The notes: generated by a model not told the origin, from the letters alone. A DNA stretch of 64,000 bases from an uncultured Chitinophagales bacterium (GCA_964550435.1 CAZJZI010000005.1:10713-74712); one strand, 5' to 3'; shown: positions 28,660-40,322, counted from the stretch's first letter. Program-made: numbers and translations.

Positions 28660-28721
28660 GGTTAAAACTGGTCGATAAACCTTCCGTGTCACAAAAAAAG
28701 TAGATAGTAACCCGAAAATTG

Positions 28722-28751
28722 TTGACAATTGGTGGAAAAATGAAGTATATT
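28722..28751 (+). promoter_or_regulatory. Sigma70-like promoter candidate for tRNA-Asp
   Basis: TTGACA (28722-28727), 18-nt spacer, TATATT (28746-28751), about 40 nt upstream of the tRNA. Confidence 0.4.
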
Positions 28752-28789
28752 TAGGGCCTATCACAAAATGGTGGTTAACGCCATTTGAT

Positions 28790-28863
28790 GGTCCGGTAGT
28801 TCAGTTGGTTAGAACGCCTGCCTGTCACGCAGGAGGTCGAGGGTTCGAGTCCCTTCCGGATCG
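28790..28863 (+). tRNA. tRNA-Asp (anticodon GUC)
   Basis: Manual cloverleaf: acceptor GGTCCGG/CCGGATC, D arm GTTC-AGTTGGTTA-GAAC, anticodon arm CCTGC-CTGTCAC-GCAGG, T arm GAGGG-TTCGAGT-CCCTT, discriminator G. CCA is not encoded. Confidence 0.95.
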
Positions 28864-28866
28864 CAG

Positions 28867-28899
28867 AAGCCATCTATCATTCGGTAGATGGCTTTTTTT
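28867..28899 (+). terminator. Intrinsic terminator after tRNA-Asp
   Basis: AAGCCATCTA (28867-28876) / TAGATGGCTT (28885-28894) 10-bp stem followed by a T-run. Confidence 0.7.
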
Positions 28900-28954
28900 A
28901 TTTGTGCGAACGTGCAATACATGCTCATCTAAGTAATTAAAAAACAGTAATATA

Positions 28955-30847
28955 ATGACTCATAAATCAATTTATCCAACGTATGATGTTATTGTAGTCG
29001 GAGGTGGTCACGCTGGAAGTGAAGCTGCTGGAGCTGCTGCTCAAATGGGTTGTAAGACTCTGCTAATTACGATGAATCTGAATGCAATTGCTCAGATGTC
29101 ATGTAATCCAGCAATGGGTGGGGTTGCAAAGGGTCAATTACTTAGAGAAGTTGACGCGCTCGGTGGACTGTCTGGAATCGTTACTGACAAATCAACAGTT
29201 CAGTTTAGAATGTTGAATAGGTCTAAGGGTCCGGCTATGTGGAGTCCTCGGGCACAGTGTGACCGAATGTTATATGCTCAAGAGATGCGAAAAATGCTTG
29301 AGAGTAAAAAGAATCTGTACTTTAGACAAGATAATGTCATCAAGGTTCTCATTAATGAAGACAAGCAGGCCTATGGAGTAGTAACACAAACGGGACAAGA
29401 GATACTGTCGAAAGCTGTTGTTTTGACCAGCGGGACGTTTCTAAACGGATTAATACACATTGGCGAAAAACAGTATGGTGGTGGCCGCTCAGGCGAAAGA
29501 GCATCTCATGGAATCACTGAATGTTTGGAAGACCAGGGTTTTGAATCTGGAAGACTCAAAACGGGAACACCGCCTCGGCTTGATGGAAGAACAGTGAATT
29601 ATGAAAAACTTGAAATTCAATATGGTGATGAAGACTCTGAATCATTCTCTTTTCTCTCCAAGGAGGTTCTCCCGGTTGATAAACAATTAACCTGCTGGAT
29701 TGGCTATACAAATCCAGAAGTTCATGAAATGCTTAAGACCGGATTTGATAGAAGTCCAATGTTTAATGGATCCATAAAGTCAACGGGCCCAAGATATTGT
29801 CCAAGTATTGAAGATAAGATTAATCGTTTTTCCGACAGAGACAGACATCAGCTGTTTCTTGAGCCTGAAGGTTGGGACACCTATGAGATGTATCTTAACG
29901 GATTTTCAACCAGTCTCCCTGAAGATGTTCAGTATAAAGCGCTACAAACAGTACCCGGATTCGAAGAGGTCGTAATGCTACGACCTGGTTATGCCATTGA
30001 ATACGATTTTTTCCCTCCTCATCAAATCTACAGAAGTATGGAGACAAAAATTGTAGCTAATCTATTTTTCGCTGGACAAATAAATGGAACTACTGGTTAC
30101 GAAGAGGCCGCTTGTCAGGGATTAATGGCTGGTATCAATGCGGCAAGGAAAGTCCAAGAAAAGGAACCTGTTATACTCAAACGATCGGAAGCATATATTG
30201 GAGTATTAATCGATGATCTGGTAGGCAAGGGGACAGACGAGCCTTATAGAATGTTTACCTCCAGAGCAGAGCACAGAATATTACTCAGGCAGGATAATGC
30301 TGATCTTAGATTAACAAAGATCGGTTATGAAATTGGCCTTGCGGAAGAAGATCGATACCATTTAATGACGGCAAAGTCTGAAGCAGTAGACAAAGTTCAT
30401 AAAATAATTGCCGATCATTCCGCTCAACCAAACATAATCGATTCATATCTTGAAGAACAGGGGACGTCACCTCTTAAACAAGCTGTGAAGTTGCCAACTA
30501 TTGTAACTCGCCCGCAAGTATCTCTTGCAGGTATTCTGACAGTAGATACTGAATTGGCTACAAAGATTTCTGAAATAACATCAGACAAACAAGTCGTCGA
30601 TCAGGTTGAGATCCAATTAAAATACGCCGGCTATATCGAAAAAGAATTCGAAATGGTAGATGAAATCAACCGACAGGAAAATCTGATTGTTCCAGATAAA
30701 ATAAACTACGACCAAATTAAAAGTCTATCTTCTGAAGGTGTTGCAAAGCTAAAGAAAGTAAGACCAGAAACTATCGGACAGGCAAGCAGAATAAGTGGTG
30801 TTACACCAAGTGACATTGCTGTACTCATGATTTATCTCAAAAAATAA
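28955..30847 (+). CDS. mnmG: tRNA uridine 5-carboxymethylaminomethyl modification enzyme
   Basis: YDVIVVGGGHAGSEAA FAD motif, SCNPAMGG, 630 aa GidA-like. Confidence 0.97.
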   Translation: MTHKSIYPTYDVIVVGGGHAGSEAAGAAAQMGCKTLLITMNLNAIAQMSCNPAMGGVAKGQLLREVDALGGLSGIVTDKSTVQFRMLNRSKGPAMWSPRAQCDRMLYAQEMRKMLESKKNLYFRQDNVIKVLINEDKQAYGVVTQTGQEILSKAVVLTSGTFLNGLIHIGEKQYGGGRSGERASHGITECLEDQGFESGRLKTGTPPRLDGRTVNYEKLEIQYGDEDSESFSFLSKEVLPVDKQLTCWIGYTNPEVHEMLKTGFDRSPMFNGSIKSTGPRYCPSIEDKINRFSDRDRHQLFLEPEGWDTYEMYLNGFSTSLPEDVQYKALQTVPGFEEVVMLRPGYAIEYDFFPPHQIYRSMETKIVANLFFAGQINGTTGYEEAACQGLMAGINAARKVQEKEPVILKRSEAYIGVLIDDLVGKGTDEPYRMFTSRAEHRILLRQDNADLRLTKIGYEIGLAEEDRYHLMTAKSEAVDKVHKIIADHSAQPNIIDSYLEEQGTSPLKQAVKLPTIVTRPQVSLAGILTVDTELATKISEITSDKQVVDQVEIQLKYAGYIEKEFEMVDEINRQENLIVPDKINYDQIKSLSSEGVAKLKKVRPETIGQASRISGVTPSDIAVLMIYLKK

Positions 30848-30858
30848 CAGGAACAATA

Positions 30859-31560
30859 ATGTTTCACGTGAAACATACAATTTCAACTGGAAGTGTTTCA
30901 CGTGAAACATTGGAGTTAGTTGAAAGTCAAATTGCCGAGAATAGGGGATTGATTAGTGAGTATATCAGTAAGTTGCTTTATTGGAACAAGCGAGTAAACC
31001 TGGTTAGCAGGGATCTATCTGTAGAACTGATTGGCAAACATGTGGCGCATTCACTCATGATCCAGTATTCATCTGTATGGAACAACGACGCAAGCCTAAT
31101 CGTTGACGCTGGTTCTGGTGGCGGTCTTCCTGGGATTCCACTTGCTATGGTTTCAGGGAATCAATTTGAACTAGTTGATATCGTCGAGAAAAAAATGATG
31201 GCTTGTAAAGATATTGTAAGATCAATTGGAGTTCGAAATGTAAAGACAAAACACTCGAGTATTGAGCAAATAGTCCATAGTGTACCATTTCTATATGTAA
31301 CGAAGCATGCGTTTAAGTTGAATGATTTTTTGCAATTAACAGAGGGACAAAATTATTCAGCCGCAATTTTTCTCAAGGGGGATGATTACGAGAGTGAATT
31401 AAATGAATGTGAATCATCATTAATGCTTGAAGTAATCAAATTGTCCGATTATCATAGTGATATATTCTACGCAGGAAAAAATGTAGTCACCCTCTTCAAT
31501 CCACATGAAAAGCCAAGAACGCAGGCTTCAGATTCTTCTGATGCTTCAGTCGAGACGTAA
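30859..31560 (+). CDS. rsmG: 16S rRNA (guanine527-N7)-methyltransferase
   Basis: VSRETLELVE N-terminal motif and the SAM-binding motif DAGSGGGLPGIPLA. It follows mnmG as in the classic gidA-gidB pair. The exact start is uncertain. Confidence 0.9.
   Translation: MFHVKHTISTGSVSRETLELVESQIAENRGLISEYISKLLYWNKRVNLVSRDLSVELIGKHVAHSLMIQYSSVWNNDASLIVDAGSGGGLPGIPLAMVSGNQFELVDIVEKKMMACKDIVRSIGVRNVKTKHSSIEQIVHSVPFLYVTKHAFKLNDFLQLTEGQNYSAAIFLKGDDYESELNECESSLMLEVIKLSDYHSDIFYAGKNVVTLFNPHEKPRTQASDSSDASVET
30860..30875. promoter_or_regulatory. parS site 1 (perfect consensus palindrome)
   Basis: TGTTTCACGTGAAACA, exact 16-bp parS consensus; includes the last two bases (TG) of the rsmG start codon. Confidence 0.8.
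30894..30909. promoter_or_regulatory. parS site 2 (perfect consensus palindrome)
   Basis: TGTTTCACGTGAAACA again, 34 bp from site 1; encodes VSRET in a different codon phase. Confidence 0.8.
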
Positions 31561-32443
31561 GCACATAAATGTAGACTATCTGGCCGAATATTTCGATGTT
31601 AGCCGTCGGACCATATTCAGAGACCTGAACTTCATATCCGAAATGGATGTGCCCATAGCCCACGATCTGGAAAGTGGCTACTCGATTCCAAAGACATTCT
31701 CAATTCCACCTCTCATGTTTAATGACAGAGAAATCTCTGTTATTCGGGTTGGCTTATCATTTATTGAGTCACAGACGAACACCGATATGAGAGTTGCCGC
31801 AAAATCAGTGGCAATAAAGATAGAGAATGTGCTCCCCCCAGCATTAAAACCTCTGTACACTACAATGGAAAATAGCGTCATTGTAGATCCGGTTCGTAAT
31901 CGTTTATCTGATGAAATCAGTGAGAGTGACTGGTACGTCATATCGGGCGCTATATCAAATAATAACAGTATTTTATTTAGATATAAAAAAACAGAACTTA
32001 CCAGAAATGTAGATCCGTATATGCTCGTTTACTATAGTGATCACTGGAATTTAATCGGGTATGACAAAGGGCGAGTTGGATACAGAAATTTCAGACTAGA
32101 GTTCATATCAGACCTTGAAGTGACAGACTCGAAATTCGAAAGAGCTGATGACTTAGGGCCAACACATCTATTTAAAGGGCTCGACGATAAGTCAAAGCAG
32201 AGCGAGGTTTCCATCAAAGTTAAAGTGAATATATGGAATGAGTTTTATAGGACAATCCCAGCAGAAATTATAGACAAGAAAAAAGTAGGGGCCTATTATG
32301 AAGTTAAATTGAAATTCGATTCGTTAGAGAATTTAGACAGGATACTTTTTAGATATGCTAATGATGTTATCCCATTATCACCCAATGAGTTGCTTTATAT
32401 TCGTAAGACCAGGTTATCTGAAATGTTAGAAGAGATCAAATAA
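31505..32443 (+). CDS. HTH + WYL-domain transcriptional regulator (YafY-like)
   Basis: N-terminal DeoR-type HTH (RRLQILLMLQSRRKHINVDYLAEYFDVSRRTIFRDLNFI) and a central WYL-like region (YYSDHWNLIGYD). It overlaps the rsmG 3' end by 56 nt. Confidence 0.75.
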   Translation: MKSQERRLQILLMLQSRRKHINVDYLAEYFDVSRRTIFRDLNFISEMDVPIAHDLESGYSIPKTFSIPPLMFNDREISVIRVGLSFIESQTNTDMRVAAKSVAIKIENVLPPALKPLYTTMENSVIVDPVRNRLSDEISESDWYVISGAISNNNSILFRYKKTELTRNVDPYMLVYYSDHWNLIGYDKGRVGYRNFRLEFISDLEVTDSKFERADDLGPTHLFKGLDDKSKQSEVSIKVKVNIWNEFYRTIPAEIIDKKKVGAYYEVKLKFDSLENLDRILFRYANDVIPLSPNELLYIRKTRLSEMLEEIK

Positions 32444-32475
32444 AAAAAGGCATCGAGTAAAACCCGATGCCTTTT
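32442..32475. terminator. Bidirectional intrinsic terminator
   Basis: A7 + GGCATCG (32449-32455) / CGATGCC (32465-32471) + T4, between the WYL regulator and convergent gyrA. Confidence 0.6.
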
Positions 32476-32494
32476 AATTTGTGGTGACTTTGGA

Positions 32495-35044
32495 CTATTC
32501 GATATCTAATCCAAGATCAGCTTGTGGTGCATCACTACCCTCGGGGGTTGGTGTCCCATCGGGTGCAATACCGCCTTCCAGTGTTGAATCAATTTCATCG
32601 TCATCATCGGAAACTACTCTTGTAACTCCTCCGATACTGTCTTCAACACCAAGTTTTATAATTCTAACGCCTTGAGTGTTTCGTCCCATGGATCGAATAT
32701 CCTTACTATGCATTCGGATAATCTTTCCTTTTTGGGTTATTATCATCAAGTCGTCATTGTCGTTAACTTCTTTAAGTGCAATCAAACTTCCGGTTTTCGG
32801 TGTAATCTTCATGGTTATTACGCCTTTACCGCCTCGTGTTTGTTCACGATAGTCGTCAACCAAACTACGTTTACCGTATCCTTTTTCAGAAATGGCAAGT
32901 ACAGTTGCTTCATTGGTGTTTTTGACCACAACCATATCCACAAGCTCGTCATCAGCATTTTCATCCAGATTCATACCTCGAACACCACGAGTATTTCGAC
33001 CCATGTCCCTAACATCAGTTTCATAGAATCTGATTGCACGTCCATTTTTAGCACCTAGTATAATTACGCTTGTGCCATCGGTGAGTTTTGATTCGAGTAG
33101 TGTATCGCCGTCATCAATATTGATTGCTATGATACCATCTTTACGTGGTCTACTATATGCTTCGAGAATGGTTTTCTTAACAACACCCTTCTTGGTAGCC
33201 ATGATGATATAGTGATTGTTGATATAGTTCTCATCTTCCAGTGTCTTGATTGGAACAAAGGTTTTAACTCTATCATCTCGGTCAATCTGGATTAGGTTAA
33301 CAATAGCCCTACCACGACTTAGCCGGGTTCCTTCAGGGATTTCATAAACCTTGAGCCAATAACATTTCCCTTTTTCAGTAAAGAAGAGAATATAGTTATG
33401 GTTCGTGGCAACGAAGAGATGCTCGATATACTCTTCATCTTTGGTAGTCGCGCCCTTGAGTCCGACCCCACCACGTTTTTGACGTCTATATCCACTAACG
33501 GGTGTACGTTTTATATAACCGGTATTGGAAATAGTAACTACAACATCTTCGTCGGCAATCATATCCTCAATACTGAAATCTTCAGCAGAGTACACAATCT
33601 GGGTACGACGTTTGTCACCATATCTATCCTTAAGGTCGTTCAGTTCAAACTTGATGATATTAAGTTGTGCTTGTCTGCTTCCCAGGATTCGGCGGAATTC
33701 TTTAATCTGATCCAGAATATCTTTGTATTCAAGATCTATTTTATCACGTTCGAGAGCAGTAAGCTTCTGTAAACGCATGTCCAGTATGGCTTTAGCCTGT
33801 ATGTCGGTTAACCCATACTTCCTGCGAAGCTGATCATTTGCTTCTGGTACATTTTTTGAAGCTCGGATCGTTTTAATAACCTCGTCAAGGTTGTCGATAG
33901 CAATCTTCAACCCTTCCAAAATATGCGCTCGTGCCTCAGCCTGATCCAAATCATATAGTGTACGACGAATAATCACTTCGATACGGTGATCAACGAAGTG
34001 ACGGATCAATTCTTTGATGTGCATCACCTTCGGACGACCCTTGACCAAGGCAAGGTTAATAATTCCGAAAGTAGTTTGCATCGAAGTGTACTTGTACAAC
34101 TGATTCAAAACTACACTAGGAACAGCTCCACGTTTCAGAATGATAACAAGGCGCATGCCCTCACGGTCTGATTCGTCACGGACATCAGCAATGTCAGTAA
34201 GTTTTTCAAGTGATATTAACTCGGCTATCTTCTGAATTAATAATGCTTTGTTAACCTGATATGGAAGCTCGGTTACTACGATTTGCTCACGATTCCCACG
34301 TAGCTCCTCAACGGTAGCTAACGCACGAAGTGTAACCTTTCCACGTCCCGTTTCATAAGCCTCTTTAACACCTTCGTATCCATAGATAATACCACCTGTA
34401 GGAAAATCAGGAGCAGTAATGAACTTCATCAACTCAGCTATAGTGATATCCTGATTGTCGATATAAGCGTTGATTCCGTTTACAACTTCAGTCAGGTTGT
34501 GGGGAGCCATGTTGGTAGCCATACCAACTGCAATACCAGATGAACCGTTAATCAATAGATTTGGAACCATACTTGGAAGTACGGTTGGTTCGGTAAGAGT
34601 ATCGTCAAAGTTTGGTTGGAAGTCGACGGTATTCTTATTGATGTCAGAGAGCATTTCCTCGGCAATACGCTTCATTCTTACCTCGGTATAACGCATCGCG
34701 GCAGCAGAGTCACCGTCCACGGACCCGAAGTTACCCTGTCCATCTACGAGTGGATAACGAAGCGAAAACTCCTGAACCATACGGACGATGGTATCATAGA
34801 CCGCTGAATCACCATGAGGGTGATATTTACCAAGAACCTCACCTACGATACGTGCACTTTTCTTGTAAGGCCGATTGTGAAGCATTCCAAGTTCACTCAT
34901 TCCATATAGGGCACGTCTGTGAACCGGTTTAAGACCGTCACGAACATCTGGAAGGGCGCGGGACACGATAACCGACATCGAATAATCGATGTACGATGAT
35001 TGCATCTCGCTTTCAATTGTTATAGGTATAATTTTATCTGCCAT
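32495..35044 (-). CDS. gyrA: DNA gyrase subunit A
   Basis: DGLKPVHRR, active-site region AAMRYTE, C-terminal beta-pinwheel repeats, acidic tail. Confidence 0.97.
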   Translation of the reverse strand: MADKIIPITIESEMQSSYIDYSMSVIVSRALPDVRDGLKPVHRRALYGMSELGMLHNRPYKKSARIVGEVLGKYHPHGDSAVYDTIVRMVQEFSLRYPLVDGQGNFGSVDGDSAAAMRYTEVRMKRIAEEMLSDINKNTVDFQPNFDDTLTEPTVLPSMVPNLLINGSSGIAVGMATNMAPHNLTEVVNGINAYIDNQDITIAELMKFITAPDFPTGGIIYGYEGVKEAYETGRGKVTLRALATVEELRGNREQIVVTELPYQVNKALLIQKIAELISLEKLTDIADVRDESDREGMRLVIILKRGAVPSVVLNQLYKYTSMQTTFGIINLALVKGRPKVMHIKELIRHFVDHRIEVIIRRTLYDLDQAEARAHILEGLKIAIDNLDEVIKTIRASKNVPEANDQLRRKYGLTDIQAKAILDMRLQKLTALERDKIDLEYKDILDQIKEFRRILGSRQAQLNIIKFELNDLKDRYGDKRRTQIVYSAEDFSIEDMIADEDVVVTISNTGYIKRTPVSGYRRQKRGGVGLKGATTKDEEYIEHLFVATNHNYILFFTEKGKCYWLKVYEIPEGTRLSRGRAIVNLIQIDRDDRVKTFVPIKTLEDENYINNHYIIMATKKGVVKKTILEAYSRPRKDGIIAINIDDGDTLLESKLTDGTSVIILGAKNGRAIRFYETDVRDMGRNTRGVRGMNLDENADDELVDMVVVKNTNEATVLAISEKGYGKRSLVDDYREQTRGGKGVITMKITPKTGSLIALKEVNDNDDLMIITQKGKIIRMHSKDIRSMGRNTQGVRIIKLGVEDSIGGVTRVVSDDDDEIDSTLEGGIAPDGTPTPEGSDAPQADLGLDIE

Positions 35045-35060
35045 AATGAGTTAGGTCGTT

Positions 35061-37028
<1,968 letters not shown>

Positions 37029-37171
37029 CTATAAACGTGTTTGTAGTGCACTAAAACCGATAAAGCCATATCGGATTCCCACTTAAACGCAGATGAACAC
37101 ATTAGAACAAAATAACAGTATTTAGTCAATTTTGCAGTTTTTTTGACTAAAAAAGATTCATGTGGGAAGTG

Positions 37172-37180
37172 TGTGGATAA
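37172..37180 (-). promoter_or_regulatory. Isolated perfect DnaA box in the gyrB/rpmB divergent spacer
   Basis: TGTGGATAA is the reverse complement of TTATCCACA. A TGTGGGAAG half-match lies at 37161-37169. Confidence 0.35.
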
Positions 37181-37263
37181 CTGAATTTTATAATTGTTTA
37201 TGCTACGAAATAGTGCTATATTTGTAATCTTTCGAAAAATAATTCACACAATTTAGTTGAAAA

Positions 37264-37512
37264 ATGGCACGCAGAGATGATATTACGGGAGCCAAAGCGT
37301 TGAATGGTTACCGTTCTTCCCATGCTAACAACAAAACAAAGCACCGTTTTGATGTTAACTTGCAAAAGAAACGTTTTTATATCCCTGAAGAAGATCGTTG
37401 GGTAACGTTAAAAGTTACTTCTAAAACACTTCGCACCATCAATAAAAATGGTATTTCCGCAGTATTGAGAGATGCTGAAGCGGCTGGTACCTTGAAGAAG
37501 GGAGTAATCTGA
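37264..37512 (+). CDS. rpmB: 50S ribosomal protein L28
   Basis: [38 protein letters not shown] matches the L28 family. Confidence 0.95.
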   Translation: MARRDDITGAKALNGYRSSHANNKTKHRFDVNLQKKRFYIPEEDRWVTLKVTSKTLRTINKNGISAVLRDAEAAGTLKKGVI

Positions 37513-37513
37513 T

Positions 37514-37684
37514 ATGGCAAAAGCTAAAGGCGTACGTATTCAGGTGATTCTTGAGTGCACCGAAAAGCCGGGCACTTCACGTTACGTTACAGTTAAAAAC
37601 CGTCGTAACACAACCAATCGCTTAGAGCTTCGCAAATACAATCCAGTATTACGCAAGCATACGGTACACAAAGAAATTAAATAA
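37514..37684 (+). CDS. rpmG: 50S ribosomal protein L33
   Basis: Not in the ORF track (56 aa). My translation is [56 protein letters not shown]. It starts 2 nt after the rpmB stop. Confidence 0.9.
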   Translation: MAKAKGVRIQVILECTEKPGTSRYVTVKNRRNTTNRLELRKYNPVLRKHTVHKEIK

Positions 37685-37695
37685 GAGGCTATCTC

Positions 37696-37860
37696 ATGGC
37701 AAAGAAGCAAACATTCGGTGATAAGGTACTTGCAGCTAAGTTAGCACAACGTAAAATGGCTAAGGTGATTGTTTCTGAAAAATCACCAAAGGGCACCATT
37801 TCATACCGTGAAGTAACGGTTGATGTTGACAAGGTGAACGATTATCTGAAAAACGCTTAA
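37696..37860 (+). CDS. DUF4295-like small protein (conserved partner of rpmB-rpmG in the FCB group)
   Basis: Not in the ORF track (54 aa). My translation is MAKKQTFGDKVLAAKLAQRKMAKVIVSEKSPKGTISYREVTVDVDKVNDYLKNA. Its position and KVIK/YxF-type pattern fit DUF4295. Confidence 0.6.
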   Translation: MAKKQTFGDKVLAAKLAQRKMAKVIVSEKSPKGTISYREVTVDVDKVNDYLKNA

Positions 37861-37898
37861 TCAGATTCGTTTCTAACTTCCAGTTGCTATTTTTCTGA

Positions 37899-37929
37899 AG
37901 GCTGCATGTTTCATGTGGCCTTTTTTTTT
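37899..37929 (+). terminator. Intrinsic terminator of the rpmB-rpmG operon
   Basis: AGGCTGCATG (37899-37908) / CATGTGGCCT (37912-37921) stem with two G-U pairs, followed by a long T-run. Confidence 0.7.
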
Positions 37930-37988
37930 GCAAAACAGTGATTTTGATTTCAATCATAATCAGTACATTTCCACGTTAGGAGTATACT

Positions 37989-38450
37989 ATGAACTTATAT
38001 GAAAAAATCTTAGCAGACTTAAAAGAGTCCATGCTAGCAAGGGATTCCGCCCGCTCAACTGTATTACGTTCACTTAAGGCCGCAATTCTTGAAAAAGAAA
38101 TCAGTCTTCGTACCGGAGGCGAACGGTCAGAACTAACAGACGAGGTCATAACACAGGTGTTGATGAAAGCCGCAAAACAACGCAAAGACTCGCTCCAGCA
38201 GTACATGGATGCCAATCGTGAAGATCTGGCCGAGACCGAGCGCTATGAATTAGGCATAATAGACGCATATTTGCCCAAAATGATGTCGGAAGACGAAATT
38301 CTGGCTGTTGTCAAAGAAACAGCAGAAAAAGTTGGGGCTTCGAGTCCTGCCGACATGGGCAAACTCATGGGACCACTCATGGGCAAGGTAAAGGGAAAAG
38401 CCGATGGTGCACTTGTAAATAAAGTGGTAAAAGAATTTTTAGCCCAATAG
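37989..38450 (+). CDS. GatB/YqeY domain protein
   Basis: LKESMLARDSARSTVLRSLKAAILEKEI and C-terminal GKLMGPLMGKVKGKADG. Confidence 0.85.
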   Translation: MNLYEKILADLKESMLARDSARSTVLRSLKAAILEKEISLRTGGERSELTDEVITQVLMKAAKQRKDSLQQYMDANREDLAETERYELGIIDAYLPKMMSEDEILAVVKETAEKVGASSPADMGKLMGPLMGKVKGKADGALVNKVVKEFLAQ

Positions 38451-38454
38451 CATA

Positions 38455-39045
38455 ATGCCAATTAATGCCTTAGATATTATCATTGCACTTCCGATCCTCA
38501 TTTTCTTTGTTGCAGGGCTTAAAAACGGATTTATCGAAGAATTCGTCGGTTTGGTTGGGCAGGTATTGGCAATATTTTTGGCGTTCACGTTTATGAGTGA
38601 TTTTTCCTTGTTTTGGGAAGAGTTTTATGACATTGAGTCTGCCTGGATTCCGTTTTTCTCTTTTATTGTCATTTATTTAGGTGCAATAATTGTAGTAAAA
38701 CTCATTATAAAACTGATGGAGTCTGTTCTCAAACTTGCCAAACAATCAATCATAAACCATTTTTTTGGTGGGGTTTTCAGTGGACTTAAAGGTGCAGTTA
38801 TAGTGTCTACATTTTTGGTGATTCTTGGTGTACTTGGACAACCCAGGCAGGAGTACACACAGAACTCTTTGCTGTATTCGTACATTTTGCCAATAGCTCC
38901 AACAACATATAACTATATTAGCAGGGTGTTGCCGGGCGTCGGTGAGTTTCAGGAACAAGCAGGTGAGTATTTTAAAGACCTGGATGTAACAGCAATACTT
39001 ACCGGACAAGAGAATCCCGCAAAAGAGTCATTATCGACTCCGTGA
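38455..39045 (+). CDS. CvpA-family membrane protein
   Basis: N-terminus ALDIIIALPILIFFVAGLKNGFIEE, four TM segments, typical CvpA architecture. Confidence 0.75.
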   Translation: MPINALDIIIALPILIFFVAGLKNGFIEEFVGLVGQVLAIFLAFTFMSDFSLFWEEFYDIESAWIPFFSFIVIYLGAIIVVKLIIKLMESVLKLAKQSIINHFFGGVFSGLKGAVIVSTFLVILGVLGQPRQEYTQNSLLYSYILPIAPTTYNYISRVLPGVGEFQEQAGEYFKDLDVTAILTGQENPAKESLSTP

Positions 39046-39083
39046 TAATTTAAATATAATTAAACATTTATAGTCTGTTAAGC

Positions 39084-40298
39084 ATGTCATTTTTACCGGT
39101 AAGTGAGCAACTAGAAATAATTAAACGTGGAACGGTTGAAATCGTACCCGAAGACGAACTCGTCCAGAAGCTGGAAAAATCCTACAAAACCAGCACTCCA
39201 CTTAGGATTAAACTAGGTTGTGATCCAACCAGACCAGACCTGCATCTGGGACATTCTGTAATCCTTCGAAAAATGCGTCAGTTCCAGGATCTGGGACATC
39301 ATTGTATCCTTATAATTGGTGATTTTACGGGAATGATTGGTGATCCAACAGGTGCCAACAAAACCCGTCCTGCACTTACTATTGAAGATGTTCGTGAAAA
39401 TGGGAAGACTTACTTCGAGCAAGCTTCAAAAATTCTGGATGCCGAAAAAACTGAGATTGTCTACAACTCGGATTGGCTAGGTGCTATGAAATTTGAGGAG
39501 GTCATTCGTCTAGCCTCAAAATTTACTGTGGCTCGTATGATTGAACGGGATGACTTCACCAAACGCTACCAAAACGAAGAGCCCATTTCATTGCACGAGT
39601 TTCTGTATCCTTTGGCTCAGGGCCAGGATTCGGTCTATCTAAAATCTGATGTAGAACTTGGTGGAAGTGACCAAAAATTCAATTTGTTGGTTGGTCGTCA
39701 GCTTCAAAAAGAAGCCGGACAGTCTCAGCAGGTCTGCCTGATGATGCCGTTATTGGTTGGCACAGACGGAACCAACAAAATGAGCAAGTCTTATGACAAC
39801 TACATTGGTATCAATGAAGAGCCTAATGATATGTACGGTAAGATGTTATCTATTCCCGATGACCTCATTTATACATATTATGAGCTGGTTTCTGACATTT
39901 CAAATGATGAACTCGGATTAGTAAAAGAGCGAGCAAAGAGCGATCCACGAAATTCAAAACATGATCTGGCTTTGGCCATTACCAGATTGTATCATGGAGA
40001 GGAGGCTGCTTATGCTGCAAGAGCCTATTTCGAACAAACCATTATCAATAAAGAAATACCGGATGATATTCCAGAAGCAGTGTTTTCTGCGGGCACTGCT
40101 GAAAGACTAATTGGAATTATTACTTCTCTGAATTTTGCACCGAGTAATGGTGAGGCCAGGCGTTTAATTCAACAAGGGGGAGTGTCCCTTGATGGGGAAC
40201 AGGTTTCAGATCCAACAATTGAAATTATATTTGAGGACGGATACTCAAAAGTTCTTAAAGTAGGCAAACGAAAATTTGCTCGATTACTAGGTAGGTAA
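39084..40298 (+). CDS. tyrS: Tyrosine--tRNA ligase
   Basis: HIGH-type motif (PDLHLGH), KMSKS, C-terminal S4-like domain. Confidence 0.95.
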   Translation: MSFLPVSEQLEIIKRGTVEIVPEDELVQKLEKSYKTSTPLRIKLGCDPTRPDLHLGHSVILRKMRQFQDLGHHCILIIGDFTGMIGDPTGANKTRPALTIEDVRENGKTYFEQASKILDAEKTEIVYNSDWLGAMKFEEVIRLASKFTVARMIERDDFTKRYQNEEPISLHEFLYPLAQGQDSVYLKSDVELGGSDQKFNLLVGRQLQKEAGQSQQVCLMMPLLVGTDGTNKMSKSYDNYIGINEEPNDMYGKMLSIPDDLIYTYYELVSDISNDELGLVKERAKSDPRNSKHDLALAITRLYHGEEAAYAARAYFEQTIINKEIPDDIPEAVFSAGTAERLIGIITSLNFAPSNGEARRLIQQGGVSLDGEQVSDPTIEIIFEDGYSKVLKVGKRKFARLLGR

Positions 40299-40322
40299 AT
40301 TGTGTTCAATAAAAAACTGAGT

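Noticed and set aside
28790-28954. tRNA-Asp as an integration hotspot or genomic-island boundary
   Set aside because: No integrase and no repeat of the tRNA 3' end appear downstream. The flanking genes are core (proline dehydrogenase, mnmG).
31505-32443. WYL regulator as a marker of a defence island
   Set aside because: Its neighbours are rsmG and gyrA. No nucleases, methyltransferases, ATPases or other defence-type genes are adjacent.
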